Below are positions 35,616-47,934 of a stretch of DNA of 64,000 bases, in pieces. Origin of the DNA: Patescibacteria group bacterium. Its GTDB lineage: Bacteria; Patescibacteriota; UBA1384; UBA12157; JAENIV01. The first letter of the stretch is position 1, and each line of letters begins with the position of its first letter. Location: positions 12,709 to 76,708 of the forward strand of contig JBEKTP010000004.1 in NCBI GenBank assembly GCA_049515915.1, given 5' to 3'. The notes beneath the pieces are model-generated. The model made no database searches. It was not told the DNA's origin and was given only the letters and a program-made list of their open reading frames with translations. The position numbers were made by a program, and so were the translations under genes.

Positions 35616-36418
35616 GGTTTCACCCTGCTCTGAACAAAACGGTCATCCTGCCAGAGTTTCTTCCCTCTCTCATTTAAAACAGCCTCGGCAATTTCCGGGA
35701 GAGCATACTTACGAACCTCTTCGATATCAAATGGCGGGATATTATTTTTAATTCTTGATTTCATAATACATTCATGCATAAGTGAAAATTTACTAATACT
35801 AATACTCTCAGGCGAGCGGCGATAATCGACTAAAATTTGACGGGTATAGCCAAATTTTGCCCCGTTTTTTAACATTCTTAAATATAAATCATAATCTTCC
35901 GAAATTTGAAAAGCCGGATCAAATCCACCCGCTTTCTGATAAATGCTTCTCAGAAAGGCGGTACTCGGATTGGTCATGAAATTAAACATTTTAAAAAGCT
36001 TGGCGTTAAATGGCTGAAAAAGATGTTTAACTTTCTTGTTTTGCTCGGGGATATAATCCATTAATTGGCTGTAGAAAACATCGTAATTATTTTTAATCAT
36101 CTCTTCACAAGTGATTCTGGCTCGTTCGGGATGGTTAATATCATCACCATCAGCAGTCAATAAGGTATCTGTATTTGCCCGCGCAATCGCAAAATTACGG
36201 GCATTAGAAATACCGGTTAAATGGGCGGGCAACTGAAAATAATGAATTCGATGATCATTAAATTGCTTGACCACTTTTTCGATTGGTTCATCACTATGAT
36301 CATCAACAATAATTACTTCCCATTCAGGCATATCCTGATTAAGAAGCGATTGAATCATTTCTTTTAATTCGGCTGAACGATTTTTGACACCCGTGATAAA
36401 ACTTAATTTCGGCGGCAT
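35612..36418 (-). CDS. Glycosyltransferase family 2
   Basis: IIVDDHSD, ARN, DGDD, EDYDL. Confidence 0.9.
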   Translation of the reverse strand: MPPKLSFITGVKNRSAELKEMIQSLLNQDMPEWEVIIVDDHSDEPIEKVVKQFNDHRIHYFQLPAHLTGISNARNFAIARANTDTLLTADGDDINHPERARITCEEMIKNNYDVFYSQLMDYIPEQNKKVKHLFQPFNAKLFKMFNFMTNPSTAFLRSIYQKAGGFDPAFQISEDYDLYLRMLKNGAKFGYTRQILVDYRRSPESISISKFSLMHECIMKSRIKNNIPPFDIEEVRKYALPEIAEAVLNERGKKLWQDDRFVQSRVKP

Positions 36419-36756
36419 ATGTTCCTTTTCTCATTAAAAGCTAGGAGCTTATTATTATCATACCTTCCCTCAGACTAGATAAGCAAATCTATAAGATGTC
36501 GAACTATCCCTAAACCGTCTTATCTCAACGAAGATTTTATCTTCTAAATGGACAGACCGAAGAGAGTCGATCAAAGTCAAAGTGAATTTTATAATTGTAA
36601 AAAAAGCTTGAACGTCATTTAAAGTCATTTTAGCACTGACTTCCAACGAATGAGTCTTGGCGTTCGACGGATGCAAAATAATCCAGAAATTTAAAGCTTT
36701 CTCCTTTGACTTCGTCGGAAAGTTTCATCCAAAAAGCGGCACTGGAAACCATGGAA

Positions 36757-37935
36757 TTATTTGAGCAATTTTCCTTTATCACCTTTGGCAACTTCATTAA
36801 ATAACTTTAAATAGGCTTTGCCGATCATTTCAATAGAGACTTTTTCTAAAACTGTCCGATAAGCTTTATCAGCCATTTTTTCTGCAATTTCTGGATTACC
36901 TTGGAGATAATTAATTCTATCTAAGACTTCCTCAATATTATTAACAATAAATCCATTTGCGCCATCTTTTATAAATTCTCGAGCAACTCCGGTAGGAAAG
37001 ACAATCGGGACGGTTTTTGTTGCCATTGCTTCTATTATTGCCAGTCCAAATGATTCACATCTTGCCACCATCAAGGCAATGTGGGAATCTAAGTAAGCTT
37101 TTTGGATTTTTTGCTGATCTAAATTCTGATGGAATTGGACATCCTTAAAATTATCCTTTACAAGATCTCGGTATTTCTTGCTGGTTCCAGAAATAATTAA
37201 TAATATCTTCCCAGGCGATTTGCTAAAAATTTCAAAGAGACGATCTGCTCCTTTTACAATAAAGCCATTTCGATCACTGGGCAGGCGAGTCACACTAATA
37301 ACTTTTAATTGATTGGTTTTAAATTCTTTTTTTGGATTCTTAAACCAACTTTCGGGAAGGGCGTTATAAATCACCGATATCTTTTGAGATTCAGCGTTGT
37401 AATATTTTAACAAGGTCTGCTTCAATAATCCACTGACAGAGATAATACGGTTGGAGCGCATTACAAAATATTGTTCGCCAAGCGATATCACCTTCTCATG
37501 TTCTTGCTGAAAACTTTTTCCTCCAATACTGTATTTTTTCGCTATCGCTAACCATTTATTAAAATTTTGCAAATTCTCTATTTTTGACTCTGCAATTGTA
37601 TCCATAAGCCAGGCGGCATTATGATGAAATATGGTGATGAGAGGTTTTTTTATTTCTGGTAGAATCGCCCCAAACCAATTCGTTGTCAAAATGAGATCGC
37701 ATTGATTTAACTCTTCTTTTTTCTCAATAAGCTCTTGAAACATCAAAGGCGTCCCCAAAGCAGGTAAATCAATGAGGTCAATTCTTTCTTTACTCACAGG
37801 TGAAAATTCAACGACTTCGCAACCCTGTTCTCTCAAATAATCAATTATATTCTGATTGGCAATCTCCGATCCGCCCTTAGCTACCTTGCCGCTAGAATAA
37901 AGAATTTTAGGATATCTAATCCATCCAATTTTCAT
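36757..37935 (-). CDS. Glycosyltransferase family 4
   Basis: GG.E N-terminus, KG, ESFGLAIIEAMA. Confidence 0.9.
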   Translation of the reverse strand: MKIGWIRYPKILYSSGKVAKGGSEIANQNIIDYLREQGCEVVEFSPVSKERIDLIDLPALGTPLMFQELIEKKEELNQCDLILTTNWFGAILPEIKKPLITIFHHNAAWLMDTIAESKIENLQNFNKWLAIAKKYSIGGKSFQQEHEKVISLGEQYFVMRSNRIISVSGLLKQTLLKYYNAESQKISVIYNALPESWFKNPKKEFKTNQLKVISVTRLPSDRNGFIVKGADRLFEIFSKSPGKILLIISGTSKKYRDLVKDNFKDVQFHQNLDQQKIQKAYLDSHIALMVARCESFGLAIIEAMATKTVPIVFPTGVAREFIKDGANGFIVNNIEEVLDRINYLQGNPEIAEKMADKAYRTVLEKVSIEMIGKAYLKLFNEVAKGDKGKLLK

Positions 37936-38513
37936 ATTATTTTATTTAAATTTACTATTCGATCATGAGGATAACGACGCTCTTTCCATAAATCAATTCG
38001 CTCAGGCAAATACAAATAAAATATCAGCCGGTTTATCAATCCGTGGCCACAAATCAAAATCCGTTCATTTTCAGTTGTGACCTCCTTCAGCGCACTAATT
38101 AGATGTTTAACTCTTGTTTTTGCTTGCTCAAAATTTTCGCCGCCGGGAAAGTCCCAGTGGTTAATCTCGCCATCATAAAAAGCGGCCGCCTCCTTCGGGT
38201 AACGGGCCCGAGATTCCTGTTCATTTAAACCTTCAAAATTGCCAACATCTATTTCGTCAAGATCCTTAAAAGATTTAACCGGCGCCTTTGTTTCCGAGGC
38301 CATGATAGTGGCTGTCTCCTGAGATCGCCTTAAACTGCTCGAAACAATCAAATCAACTTTGCCATCTGCCAGAATTTTTTTGGTTAACATTTTTACAGTC
38401 TCGATACCCTCCAATGTGAGACCGTTGTTGTCATTTTGGCCGGCAAAAGTGTGCATATCTTCGCCACCAAGATTATGTTGAGCCTGCCCGTGCCTTATAA
38501 TAATCAGTTTCAT
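37932..38513 (-). CDS. Histidine phosphatase family protein
   Basis: IIRHG, SSSLRRSQET, EIDVG.FEG, GGE, CGHG. Confidence 0.92.
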   Translation of the reverse strand: MKLIIIRHGQAQHNLGGEDMHTFAGQNDNNGLTLEGIETVKMLTKKILADGKVDLIVSSSLRRSQETATIMASETKAPVKSFKDLDEIDVGNFEGLNEQESRARYPKEAAAFYDGEINHWDFPGGENFEQAKTRVKHLISALKEVTTENERILICGHGLINRLIFYLYLPERIDLWKERRYPHDRIVNLNKII

Positions 38514-38525
38514 CTTTTCTCCAGA

Positions 38526-39851
38526 TTACTCAATAATCGCTAAAATCTCAGGTAAAATACTGATGGTTTTATCGGCGACTTCTCTTAGAATTTTATCTTT
38601 AGGACGGTAAGCGATACTAAAACCGACCTTTTGCATAATATCAATACATTGGGGACTATTGGCAATTAATAAAACTTCTGAAGGTTTAACTTTGGTCTTG
38701 GCTAAAATCCGCGGGAGAGTGTTTGATAAGGCAATATCTAAATCAACATCCACCCACTTCTCAATTGAGCGCGGTGTAATTTTTCCCGTAAATTTGCCGT
38801 TTTTTTGCTCGAGAAAAGCGCAATCGACAATATCCACGCCTAAACGCTTGGCCAAGGGCTCAACAATCGATGAAAAAATCGAACTGATGATGGCAATTTG
38901 GCATTTCCTTTTTTGGAGAGCCTTGATTACTTCTGGAGCATACTGAACTAAAGGAACATTTTGACAAAACTCTTCAACCGCCACTTTTTTTAAACCTAAA
39001 TAAAGGGCCGCCCGTTTGGTCATCCACTCCCGATAAGTAATCTTTTTTTTCTCGTACAAAGCTTGAATTTTTTCCAGCGGCAAGATGATACCGAGCTTTT
39101 CGTAAATTTGTTTAACTGAACCGGGGTTAATCAAAGTCTCGTCAAGAACAAAAATGATGAGTCTGTATTTTCTTTGAATCAAGCCCGCTTTGCGAATCAT
39201 GGTTTCCATGACTTGTTCGGCCATTTCCGCTTTTTCTTGATCGGTTTGAGCCTTATGCTCCAGCCGGCCAATATTGACTTCCACAATTCTCTGCCCCGCT
39301 TCAATGGCGTCAAGAAGAATGCCAATATCAACTCCCCAACGGTTTTCTAAATTGACACTTTCTAAAAATTGTTTTTTAGCGCAAACCTGACCGCTAATAG
39401 GTTGATTAAAATATAAATCCGGGAAAAGGATTTTCATCATGGGTTTAACGGCTATTTCAGTGACTCTTCCTCTAGCCAGATCGAAAGAGCCTCTCGAAAA
39501 ATCAACCTCACCTCTTAAAACCGGGAGGGCAATTTTTCTTATCTTTAGAGCGGTAATGTTTTTTAAATCGGCATCTAAAAGTAAAATAACTTCATTTTTC
39601 GATTTTTTAATACCCGATCTAAGCGCCAGGCCTTTCCCTTTATTACGGCTGTGTTTAAGATAGATAAAACGAGAATTTTTGAGAAATTTTTGTATCCTCT
39701 TTTCGGTGTCGTCATCGCTGCCATCATTGACGAAAATTAATTCGGAAACCTCTTTTATTTTTAAAACTTCCGAAATGACATTGGCCGCAGTTTTGCCTTC
39801 ATTAAAAGCCGGAATAACCACCGTAAAATTGTCATAAACTAAACTGGTCAT
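38526..39851 (-). CDS. GpgS-like glycosyltransferase fused to a degenerate HAD (SerB-like) domain
   Basis: IPAFNE, DAD, GRVTEIAVKP, QPISGQ, WGVDIGILLD; the C-domain has FVLDETL where DxDxT is expected. Confidence 0.8.
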   Translation of the reverse strand: MTSLVYDNFTVVIPAFNEGKTAANVISEVLKIKEVSELIFVNDGSDDDTEKRIQKFLKNSRFIYLKHSRNKGKGLALRSGIKKSKNEVILLLDADLKNITALKIRKIALPVLRGEVDFSRGSFDLARGRVTEIAVKPMMKILFPDLYFNQPISGQVCAKKQFLESVNLENRWGVDIGILLDAIEAGQRIVEVNIGRLEHKAQTDQEKAEMAEQVMETMIRKAGLIQRKYRLIIFVLDETLINPGSVKQIYEKLGIILPLEKIQALYEKKKITYREWMTKRAALYLGLKKVAVEEFCQNVPLVQYAPEVIKALQKRKCQIAIISSIFSSIVEPLAKRLGVDIVDCAFLEQKNGKFTGKITPRSIEKWVDVDLDIALSNTLPRILAKTKVKPSEVLLIANSPQCIDIMQKVGFSIAYRPKDKILREVADKTISILPEILAIIE

Positions 39852-39865
39852 TTTAAAATCATCCT

Positions 39866-40846
39866 TTAAGCTTTTTTTAAAAACTGGGCGGCCAGCTCAG
39901 GAGAAACCACATCAATGACGATACCGGATCCCATTTCATACCCGCCAAACTTCGAAACTCTCGGCGCAATTTCCATATGCCAGTGGTAAAATTCCGCCAC
40001 ATGATCTTTTTTGGTTGGTCCCGTATGAATCCACCAATTAAACGGTGGCGACTGGATGGCGTTATTTAGCTTGGACATTACATCATAAACAATTTTACCC
40101 AAGTTTTCAAGCATGCCAGCGTCCGCTAGCTCAAAAGAGGGCGAGTGCGATTTAGGCAAAACCCACATTTCAAAGGGGAATCTTGAAGCAAAAAAAGTAA
40201 AAGCCATAAAATCCTCATTTTCGGAAATTATCCGAATGGCTTGTTTTTTTTCTTCGTCCAAGATGGCACAAAAAACACATTTATTTTTATCTTGATGAAA
40301 CGCTTTGGCCCCAACCATTTCTTTTTCGACTAGATTAGGGACAATCGAAGAAGCAAAAAACTGGGAGTGGGGATGTTCGATCGAAGCGCCGGCTTCTGGA
40401 CCGAAATTATGAATCGGCATGGCATATTCTATTATGGGATTACTTTGGTAAAATAAACATCTTTTTTGATAGACGCCAAAGAGTTCAGTTAAAATTTCCC
40501 AGCCGCCATCATAGATCTCTTTTTGATGATCTTTAATGATAATAACCTCATGCCCGCCCAGCGACTTAGTTGAAAAATAAAGGCCGCTGCCCTCCTGGAT
40601 AACGCCGTCGTCTTTAGAAAAAGCCGGGTATTTATTGGGAATAACGTAAATATTAGCCGTTTCAGCCTCTTTGATGGAGAGATGGTAGGTGCTCTTAGGA
40701 TTCTCTAAACAAAAAGGACACTGCCCGTCCATGTGTCTCTTGGGCGCGGCGGCCATCACAAAATCTTCCGGACGTTTGGCCCGCTCCGGGGCAATCACCA
40801 CCCATTCACCCGTGACAATATTTTGTCTTAATTTAGGCATGCTCAC
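39866..40846 (-). CDS. galT: Galactose-1-phosphate uridylyltransferase family protein
   Basis: RAKRP, CPFC, NKYPA, GASIEHPHSQ, HWHMEI. Confidence 0.93.
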   Translation of the reverse strand: MSMPKLRQNIVTGEWVVIAPERAKRPEDFVMAAAPKRHMDGQCPFCLENPKSTYHLSIKEAETANIYVIPNKYPAFSKDDGVIQEGSGLYFSTKSLGGHEVIIIKDHQKEIYDGGWEILTELFGVYQKRCLFYQSNPIIEYAMPIHNFGPEAGASIEHPHSQFFASSIVPNLVEKEMVGAKAFHQDKNKCVFCAILDEEKKQAIRIISENEDFMAFTFFASRFPFEMWVLPKSHSPSFELADAGMLENLGKIVYDVMSKLNNAIQSPPFNWWIHTGPTKKDHVAEFYHWHMEIAPRVSKFGGYEMGSGIVIDVVSPELAAQFLKKA

Positions 40847-40867
40847 TCCTTTGGCGTTTTTTCCTTA

Positions 40868-41383
40868 TTACTTTATTCCTTCTTCGACATATTTATGATA
40901 ATGCGCCATCGCCACCGCTAAGGCATCGGCCGCGTCGTCAAAACCTGATTTTTTACCGGCGCCGACTGATTTATTCGGCTTTAAAGCTTTTTCAACCTCT
41001 TCGAAGACTTCCTTCTTTTCGGATCGTCCGTAACCAGTGACGGCCATCTTCACCTGCATTGGCGTATATTCAAAAGTCTGTAAAGCCAACCCTTTTTTGG
41101 CACAGGCAAGCAAAATGACTCCTCGTACTTCCGATATTTTCATCGCCGTCTTAGCATTATTGAAAAAAAACAGCAATTCCAGAGAAACCTGATCAGGCTT
41201 ATAGTCCTCGATTAATTTCATTATATCATTAAAGACACGGTTCAAGCGCTCGCAGTCTCGGAGCAACTTATCGGTTTCGATACAACCATGAGTAACCCAG
41301 GTTAATCGGCCGTCTTTTTCGGAAACATCAACAACGCCATAGCCACATCGCGCCGTCCCTGGATCAATTCCTAATATCCTCAT
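40868..41383 (-). CDS. ruvC: Crossover junction endodeoxyribonuclease RuvC
   Basis: ILGIDPG, EYTP.QVK.AVTGYG, DDAADALA. Confidence 0.96.
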   Translation of the reverse strand: MRILGIDPGTARCGYGVVDVSEKDGRLTWVTHGCIETDKLLRDCERLNRVFNDIMKLIEDYKPDQVSLELLFFFNNAKTAMKISEVRGVILLACAKKGLALQTFEYTPMQVKMAVTGYGRSEKKEVFEEVEKALKPNKSVGAGKKSGFDDAADALAVAMAHYHKYVEEGIK

Positions 41384-41422
41384 TTGCTCCCTTCACCAAT
41401 AACTAATATCTATCATTATTCG

Positions 41423-42175
41423 TCATTTATTTAAATTCGTGATGAGTGTAACTGGTATATTAAAATTTGAATATACAGCCGAGATATCTTCTAAATCATC
41501 CAGCGTGTCCATAAGATCAACGATTTTTTTGGCGACGGCCTCTTCGGAAATTACGAGCATCGTTTTAGGTTCCCAAGAAAGCATGGCCTCTTTGGTTTTA
41601 ATATCCGCCGTCTCAAGAGTTTTTTTCACTTTCTCTAATTTATTTGGAACAGTATAGACGATGATCATCCCATCTTGTTCTTCAAAATCTTCGGCCCCTG
41701 AATCAATAATCGCCATTTCAATCTCATCTTTATCTTTTTCTGCCGGATTAATTAAGAGTTTGCCCATTCGATTAAATAAATATGATGCCGCCCCTGAGCC
41801 AGTCAGTTTGCCGCCGAACTTGAAGAGGGTATTTTTTACGGCTGCCGCTGTGCGATTTTTGTTGTCGGTCGCCGCTTCAATAATGATAGAAATGCCGCCT
41901 GGACCGATCGCTTCGTAGAGCATTTCTTCGATTTGGGCGCCGCCTGATCGGCCCGTACCGCGATCAATGGCTCGCTCGATATTTTCTCTTGGCATATCAG
42001 CAGCTCGAGCACGCTCAACCGCCATTTTTAATTGAAAATTAGCTTCCGGATCGCCACCGCCAGATCGTGCCGCCAAAATTATCGGCAAAGTCAACTTACT
42101 AAAAAGCTGGCCGCGTTTAACATCGGCCGCTCCCTTTTGTCTTTTAATTTGACTCCACTTGGAATGTCCAGACAT
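41423..42175 (-). CDS. yebC: YebC/PmpR family protein
   Basis: MSGHSKW, TDNKNRT, VYSN. Confidence 0.96.
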   Translation of the reverse strand: MSGHSKWSQIKRQKGAADVKRGQLFSKLTLPIILAARSGGGDPEANFQLKMAVERARAADMPRENIERAIDRGTGRSGGAQIEEMLYEAIGPGGISIIIEAATDNKNRTAAAVKNTLFKFGGKLTGSGAASYLFNRMGKLLINPAEKDKDEIEMAIIDSGAEDFEEQDGMIIVYTVPNKLEKVKKTLETADIKTKEAMLSWEPKTMLVISEEAVAKKIVDLMDTLDDLEDISAVYSNFNIPVTLITNLNK

Positions 42176-42431
42176 AATTCACCTGAAATGATTGTACCAG
42201 ATATTTTTAGTTTGAAAAGGTTTTAACCACATCATTTTACCCGTCGGGAGTGATTTCCGTCCGACTATCTTGATCGGTCCGAACATATTTGAGCACTAAA
42301 CTCCCAGCCAGGGTTTCAAAGATGGACTTTGACTTACTCATACCACCATTGTAAAGGTTTCTTAACTATTGTATAATACTAAAAGGATTTTTAATCCTTT
42401 TAAATACTAAAAAATTAATTAGCCAAATAAG

Positions 42432-42920
42432 ATGAAGATAAAAAAGAAAACCGATCCAAAATTAAAAACGCCAGAAAACAAAATTAAGGAGCTTGAAACT
42501 AAAATGGTAGCTTTAGAGAAAGGCTGGCAGCGGACTCAGGCCGATTTTGAAAATTATCAAAAACGCTCCGAGGAACAAAGCGGTCTAAACTTAAATCTAA
42601 TGAAGGCCGATTTTTTAACCAAAATCACGCCAGTGTTAGATAATTTCCGCCGGGCTTTTACCCACGCACCTGATGATAATTTCGCGACCGGTATCAAACA
42701 TATCGAAAAACAACTTGAAGATATATTAGTTTCCGAGGGTTTGAAAAAAATCTCCGCCAACCCCGGCGAGAAATTTGACTGCAATCTTCACGAGGCAATT
42801 TCGTGCGAAGAAAATAAAAAGGTTGCCGCTGATCACATTATCGCCGAAACCGAATCCGGCTGGATGTTTGGCGACCGCGTCATTAAACCGACTAAAGTCA
42901 GAGTATCTAAAGGAAAATAA
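42432..42920 (+). CDS. grpE: Nucleotide exchange factor GrpE
   Basis: ADFENY.KR, PVLDNF.RA, FD..LHEA, IKPTKVRV. Confidence 0.95.
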   Translation: MKIKKKTDPKLKTPENKIKELETKMVALEKGWQRTQADFENYQKRSEEQSGLNLNLMKADFLTKITPVLDNFRRAFTHAPDDNFATGIKHIEKQLEDILVSEGLKKISANPGEKFDCNLHEAISCEENKKVAADHIIAETESGWMFGDRVIKPTKVRVSKGK

Positions 42921-42938
42921 TCAAAAATATCTGCCCTC

Positions 42939-42968
42939 TTGACAAATATTTTCAATGTAAAGTATACT
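42939..42968 (+). promoter_or_regulatory. Sigma70-type promoter upstream of dnaK
   Basis: TTGACA-18 bp-TATACT. Confidence 0.6.
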
Positions 42969-43032
42969 TGACACTGGGCATTAAAATTAAAGTTTAATCA
43001 CTCTTCGACAAAATCGAAGTAAAGGAGAAAAT

Positions 43033-44907
43033 ATGTCAAAAATTATTGGAATTGATCTTGGTACAACCAACTCGGTTGTCGCCGTCACCGAGGGCGGTAA
43101 GCCCAAAGTTATCCCCACGGCCGAAGGCTCAAATCTTTGCCCTTCAGTGGTGGCCATTAGTAAAACGGGGGAGAAATTAGTTGGCCAACTCGCCAAGCGG
43201 CAAGCCGTCACTAACCCGGAAAATACGATTTTTTCAGTTAAGCGTTTAATCGGCCGCCGTTGGGAGGAAGACGAAATCCAAAAAGATCTCAAATTACTGC
43301 CGTACAAAATGGTCAAAGCGGGCGACGGCGTGAAAGTCATCATGGGCGGCAAAGAATACACTCCTCAAGAGATTTCCGCTTTCATTTTGCAAAAACTCAA
43401 AACCGATGCCGAAAGCTATCTGGGTGAAAAAGTGACTGAAGCCGTCGTGACCGTGCCGGCCTATTTTAACGATTCCCAGCGTCAAGCGACCAAAGACGCC
43501 GGGGAAATTGCCGGCTTAAGTGTCAAAAGAATTATCAATGAGCCGACCGCATCGGCTCTCGCCTACGGCTTAGATAAGGCCAAAGAAGGCAAAGTGGCCG
43601 TTTATGACTTTGGCGGCGGCACTTTTGATATGACCATTTTGGATATCGGTGACGGCGTTTTCGAAGTCAAAGCGACCGGCGGCGACACTCACCTGGGCGG
43701 TGATGATTTAGATCAAAAAGTGATGGACTACATCGCCGATGAATTTAAAAAATCCGAAGGGGTGGATGTCAAAAACGATCCGATGGCCCTTCAACGTGTT
43801 AAAGAGGCGGCCGAAAAAGCCAAAATTGAGTTATCAAGCCAAAACGAAACGGAAATTAATCTGCCGTTTATCACCGCTGATGCCGCCGGCCCAAAACACT
43901 TGGTCATGAAACTTTCTCGCGCCAAGTTGGAACAGCTCACCGGCGATTTAATCGAAAAAACGGTCGGGATCTCCGAAAAAGTTCTCAAAGATGCCGGGGT
44001 GGAAACTAAAGATTTAAAGGACGTCATTTTAGTTGGGGGTCAAACCCGCATGCCGTTAATCCAAAAAACGGTCCAAAAGATTTTTGGCAAAGAGCCGCAC
44101 AAAGGCGTTAATCCTGACGAAGTCGTCGCTTTAGGCGCAGCCATTCAAGGCGGCGTTTTGGGCGGCGATGTCAAAGACCTTCTTTTACTCGATGTGACGC
44201 CGCTTAACCTCGGCATAGAAACGTTGGGAGGCGTGATGACACCGTTGATTGAAAAAAACACGACCATTCCGACTTCCAAAACCCAAGTTTTCTCAACGGC
44301 CGCCGACAATCAACCTTCCGTCGAAATTCATGTTTTACAAGGCGAACGCTCGATGGCGGCTGATAACCGCACCTTGGGCCGATTCATGCTCGACGGCATT
44401 CCGCCGGCGCCGCGCGGATTACCGCAAATTGAGGTGACCTACGACATTGACGCCAACGGCATTTTAAACGTTAAAGCCGTTGATAAAGCGACGAACAAAG
44501 AACAAAAAATTACCATTACTTCGTCTTCGGGACTTTCCAAAGAAGAAATTGAAAAGATGAAGTCCGAGGCCGCAACCCACGAAGAAGAAGATAAAAAGAA
44601 AAAGGAGCTCATCGACGCCAAAAATCTCGCCGAGAATTTAACTTATACGGCCGAAAAAGCCCTCAAAGATGCCGGCGAAAAGGTTAAAGCCGAGGATAAA
44701 AAAGAAATTGAAGAAAAAATTAGTTTAGTTAAAGAAGCCACCAAGAGCGATGATCTCGAAAAAATCAAGTCCGAAACCGAGGCTTTAAGTGGAGCAATTC
44801 AAAAAATCGGCGAGGCGATGTATAAGCAGGAAAAACCAGCTGACCAGGCCGAGCCAAAAACCGAGAGCAAGCCAGAAGAAGAAAAGCCGGAAGATAAAAA
44901 AGAGTAA
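43033..44907 (+). CDS. dnaK: Chaperone DnaK
   Basis: [34 protein letters not shown]. Confidence 0.99.
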   Translation: MSKIIGIDLGTTNSVVAVTEGGKPKVIPTAEGSNLCPSVVAISKTGEKLVGQLAKRQAVTNPENTIFSVKRLIGRRWEEDEIQKDLKLLPYKMVKAGDGVKVIMGGKEYTPQEISAFILQKLKTDAESYLGEKVTEAVVTVPAYFNDSQRQATKDAGEIAGLSVKRIINEPTASALAYGLDKAKEGKVAVYDFGGGTFDMTILDIGDGVFEVKATGGDTHLGGDDLDQKVMDYIADEFKKSEGVDVKNDPMALQRVKEAAEKAKIELSSQNETEINLPFITADAAGPKHLVMKLSRAKLEQLTGDLIEKTVGISEKVLKDAGVETKDLKDVILVGGQTRMPLIQKTVQKIFGKEPHKGVNPDEVVALGAAIQGGVLGGDVKDLLLLDVTPLNLGIETLGGVMTPLIEKNTTIPTSKTQVFSTAADNQPSVEIHVLQGERSMAADNRTLGRFMLDGIPPAPRGLPQIEVTYDIDANGILNVKAVDKATNKEQKITITSSSGLSKEEIEKMKSEAATHEEEDKKKKELIDAKNLAENLTYTAEKALKDAGEKVKAEDKKEIEEKISLVKEATKSDDLEKIKSETEALSGAIQKIGEAMYKQEKPADQAEPKTESKPEEEKPEDKKE

Positions 44908-44960
44908 CATCGATATAGTTTCGTATTTTCGGCGTGTTTTGTCGTTCCTCTCTTAATTTT

Positions 44961-45581
44961 ATGAATAAAGATTATTACAAAATTTTAGGCGTCAACAAAA
45001 ATGCTTCGGCTGACGAAATCAAACGTGCTTATCGAAAACTGGCTCATCAGCATCATCCTGACAAAAACTCAGGTTCTGACGAGAAGTTTAAAGAAATCAA
45101 TGAGGCCTACCAAATTTTAAGCGATACCAATAAGCGGGCACAATATGATCAATTCGGTTCAGTCGGCGGACCAGGCCAAGGGTTCGGCGGTTTTAGTGGA
45201 TTTGAAGGATTTGGCGGCCGCCAGACGTCAGGTTTTGATTTCAATGATTTTTCAGGATTCGGCTTTGGCGGAGGGATTGGCGATATTTTCGAGGATCTCT
45301 TTTCCGGGGTCTTTTCCCAAGTCCAAAGCGACGTGGAAATCAGCCTGATCTCCGCTTTGCTCGGCGATAATATTCAGCTCAAAACCAGCCAAGGCGAAGA
45401 AATTGATTTTAAAATTCCGCCCGGCACTCAAGATGGGACAACTTTTCGGCTCCGAGGCAAGGGGCGACCCACCCAAAGAGGCAGGGGCGATTTAATTTTG
45501 ACGGTGCGAATTCACTTGCCGCGGCATTTGACTCGGGAACAAAAAGAGCTCTTAGAAGAGCTTAAAAGAACTGGTTTGTGA
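44961..45581 (+). CDS. Short DnaJ-family co-chaperone (no zinc finger)
   Basis: [13 protein letters not shown]-rich region, a single C-terminal subdomain (IPPGTQ..RLRGKG). Confidence 0.9.
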   Translation: MNKDYYKILGVNKNASADEIKRAYRKLAHQHHPDKNSGSDEKFKEINEAYQILSDTNKRAQYDQFGSVGGPGQGFGGFSGFEGFGGRQTSGFDFNDFSGFGFGGGIGDIFEDLFSGVFSQVQSDVEISLISALLGDNIQLKTSQGEEIDFKIPPGTQDGTTFRLRGKGRPTQRGRGDLILTVRIHLPRHLTREQKELLEELKRTGL

Positions 45582-45655
45582 ATTTCGAGTTGACAGACGA
45601 ATTTCGCTATTAGATAATAAGAACAGGATATTAAACTAAAGGAAGGGGCCATCTT

Positions 45656-46165
45656 ATGCCAGCGCCGACTTGGAATCTGGCAATTACCGTTATTTTCCTT
45701 ATCGGAATTGTTTTTGGCTATATCTTACAACGGGAAAAAATCATTGCCACCTTACTTTCGGTTTACGTCGCTTTAGTGGTGACTCAACTTTTTGCCGGCA
45801 ATGTTTTTGATTTCTTCCAGGGTAATAAGGTTCTGTTCAATCAGGTTTGGATTCGCTCGAATGCCTCACCTTTTACCGTCAGAGTCTTGGTTTTTTTGGC
45901 GGTGATTGCACTTTTATCTGCTAAAGGCGGCATCTCCGGTACGAAGTCCAAGGGCGTGCTTTCGCCCATTGAAATTATGATCCTTTCATTTCTCGCGACT
46001 GGGCTGATCCTTTCGTCAATATTTTTCTTTATGCCGCCCGAAACCCGCGACGCGTTTATTAAAAGTTCCGCGCTGGCCTCGTTCGTCATCCGATATTACC
46101 CCTTATGGGTTGTCACCCCCATTATTGTCCTGGTGGGTCTCGGTTTTGTTCGTAAAACGGACTAG
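45656..46165 (+). CDS. Hypothetical membrane protein (CvpA-like topology)
   Basis: 4-5 TM segments. Confidence 0.7.
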   Translation: MPAPTWNLAITVIFLIGIVFGYILQREKIIATLLSVYVALVVTQLFAGNVFDFFQGNKVLFNQVWIRSNASPFTVRVLVFLAVIALLSAKGGISGTKSKGVLSPIEIMILSFLATGLILSSIFFFMPPETRDAFIKSSALASFVIRYYPLWVVTPIIVLVGLGFVRKTD

Positions 46166-46186
46166 GCGACAACTTAGAAATTAAAT

Positions 46187-46546
46187 TTAAGCGTCTTTGA
46201 GCGCTTTTTTGAGTACATCAACACTAAAACCAGAGCATTTAATTTTTGATTCTGGCAGTCCATCTAAATATTCGGAAACGTCTTCGCGGGTTATTTTTTC
46301 GATTTCAGAAATTGATTTTCCTTTGACCATTTCCGTCAGGGCCGATGATGAGGCAATGCAAGCGCCGCAGCCAAAAGCTTTAAATTTTATCTCGGCAATT
46401 TTCTTTCGCCCGGCATCGAACTTTATCCACAAGGAAACAACATCGCCACAGAGGGGATTGCCGCCGGAGGCCCGAGTATCGAAGTCTTTAAGTTCACCCA
46501 TATTGCGGGGTTTGCTAAAATATTGGATCGTTTTTTGGGTATACAT
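46187..46546 (-). CDS. IscU/NifU-family Fe-S scaffold
   Basis: PRNMG, GNPLCGD, FGC..IASSS, KIKCS. Confidence 0.93.
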   Translation of the reverse strand: MYTQKTIQYFSKPRNMGELKDFDTRASGGNPLCGDVVSLWIKFDAGRKKIAEIKFKAFGCGACIASSSALTEMVKGKSISEIEKITREDVSEYLDGLPESKIKCSGFSVDVLKKALKDA

Positions 46547-46547
46547 T

Positions 46548-47843
<1,296 letters not shown>

Positions 47844-47934
47844 TCAAAATTAGTATACCATATACGTAAAATACAAAAAGAGGATATATTTAGCGTTGAT
47901 ATTTTTTGAGATTTAAGGTAAGATATTCTTATGC

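Noticed and set aside
36419-36756. Gap in the glycosyltransferase cluster containing a 68-aa ORF
   Set aside because: No recognisable motif, RNA structure or repeat; it may be a decayed gene but I cannot support a call.
42176-43032. CIRCE operator near grpE or dnaK
   Set aside because: Only partial half-site resemblances (GAGCACTAA, ATCACTC); no TTAGCACTC-N9-GAGTGCTAA.
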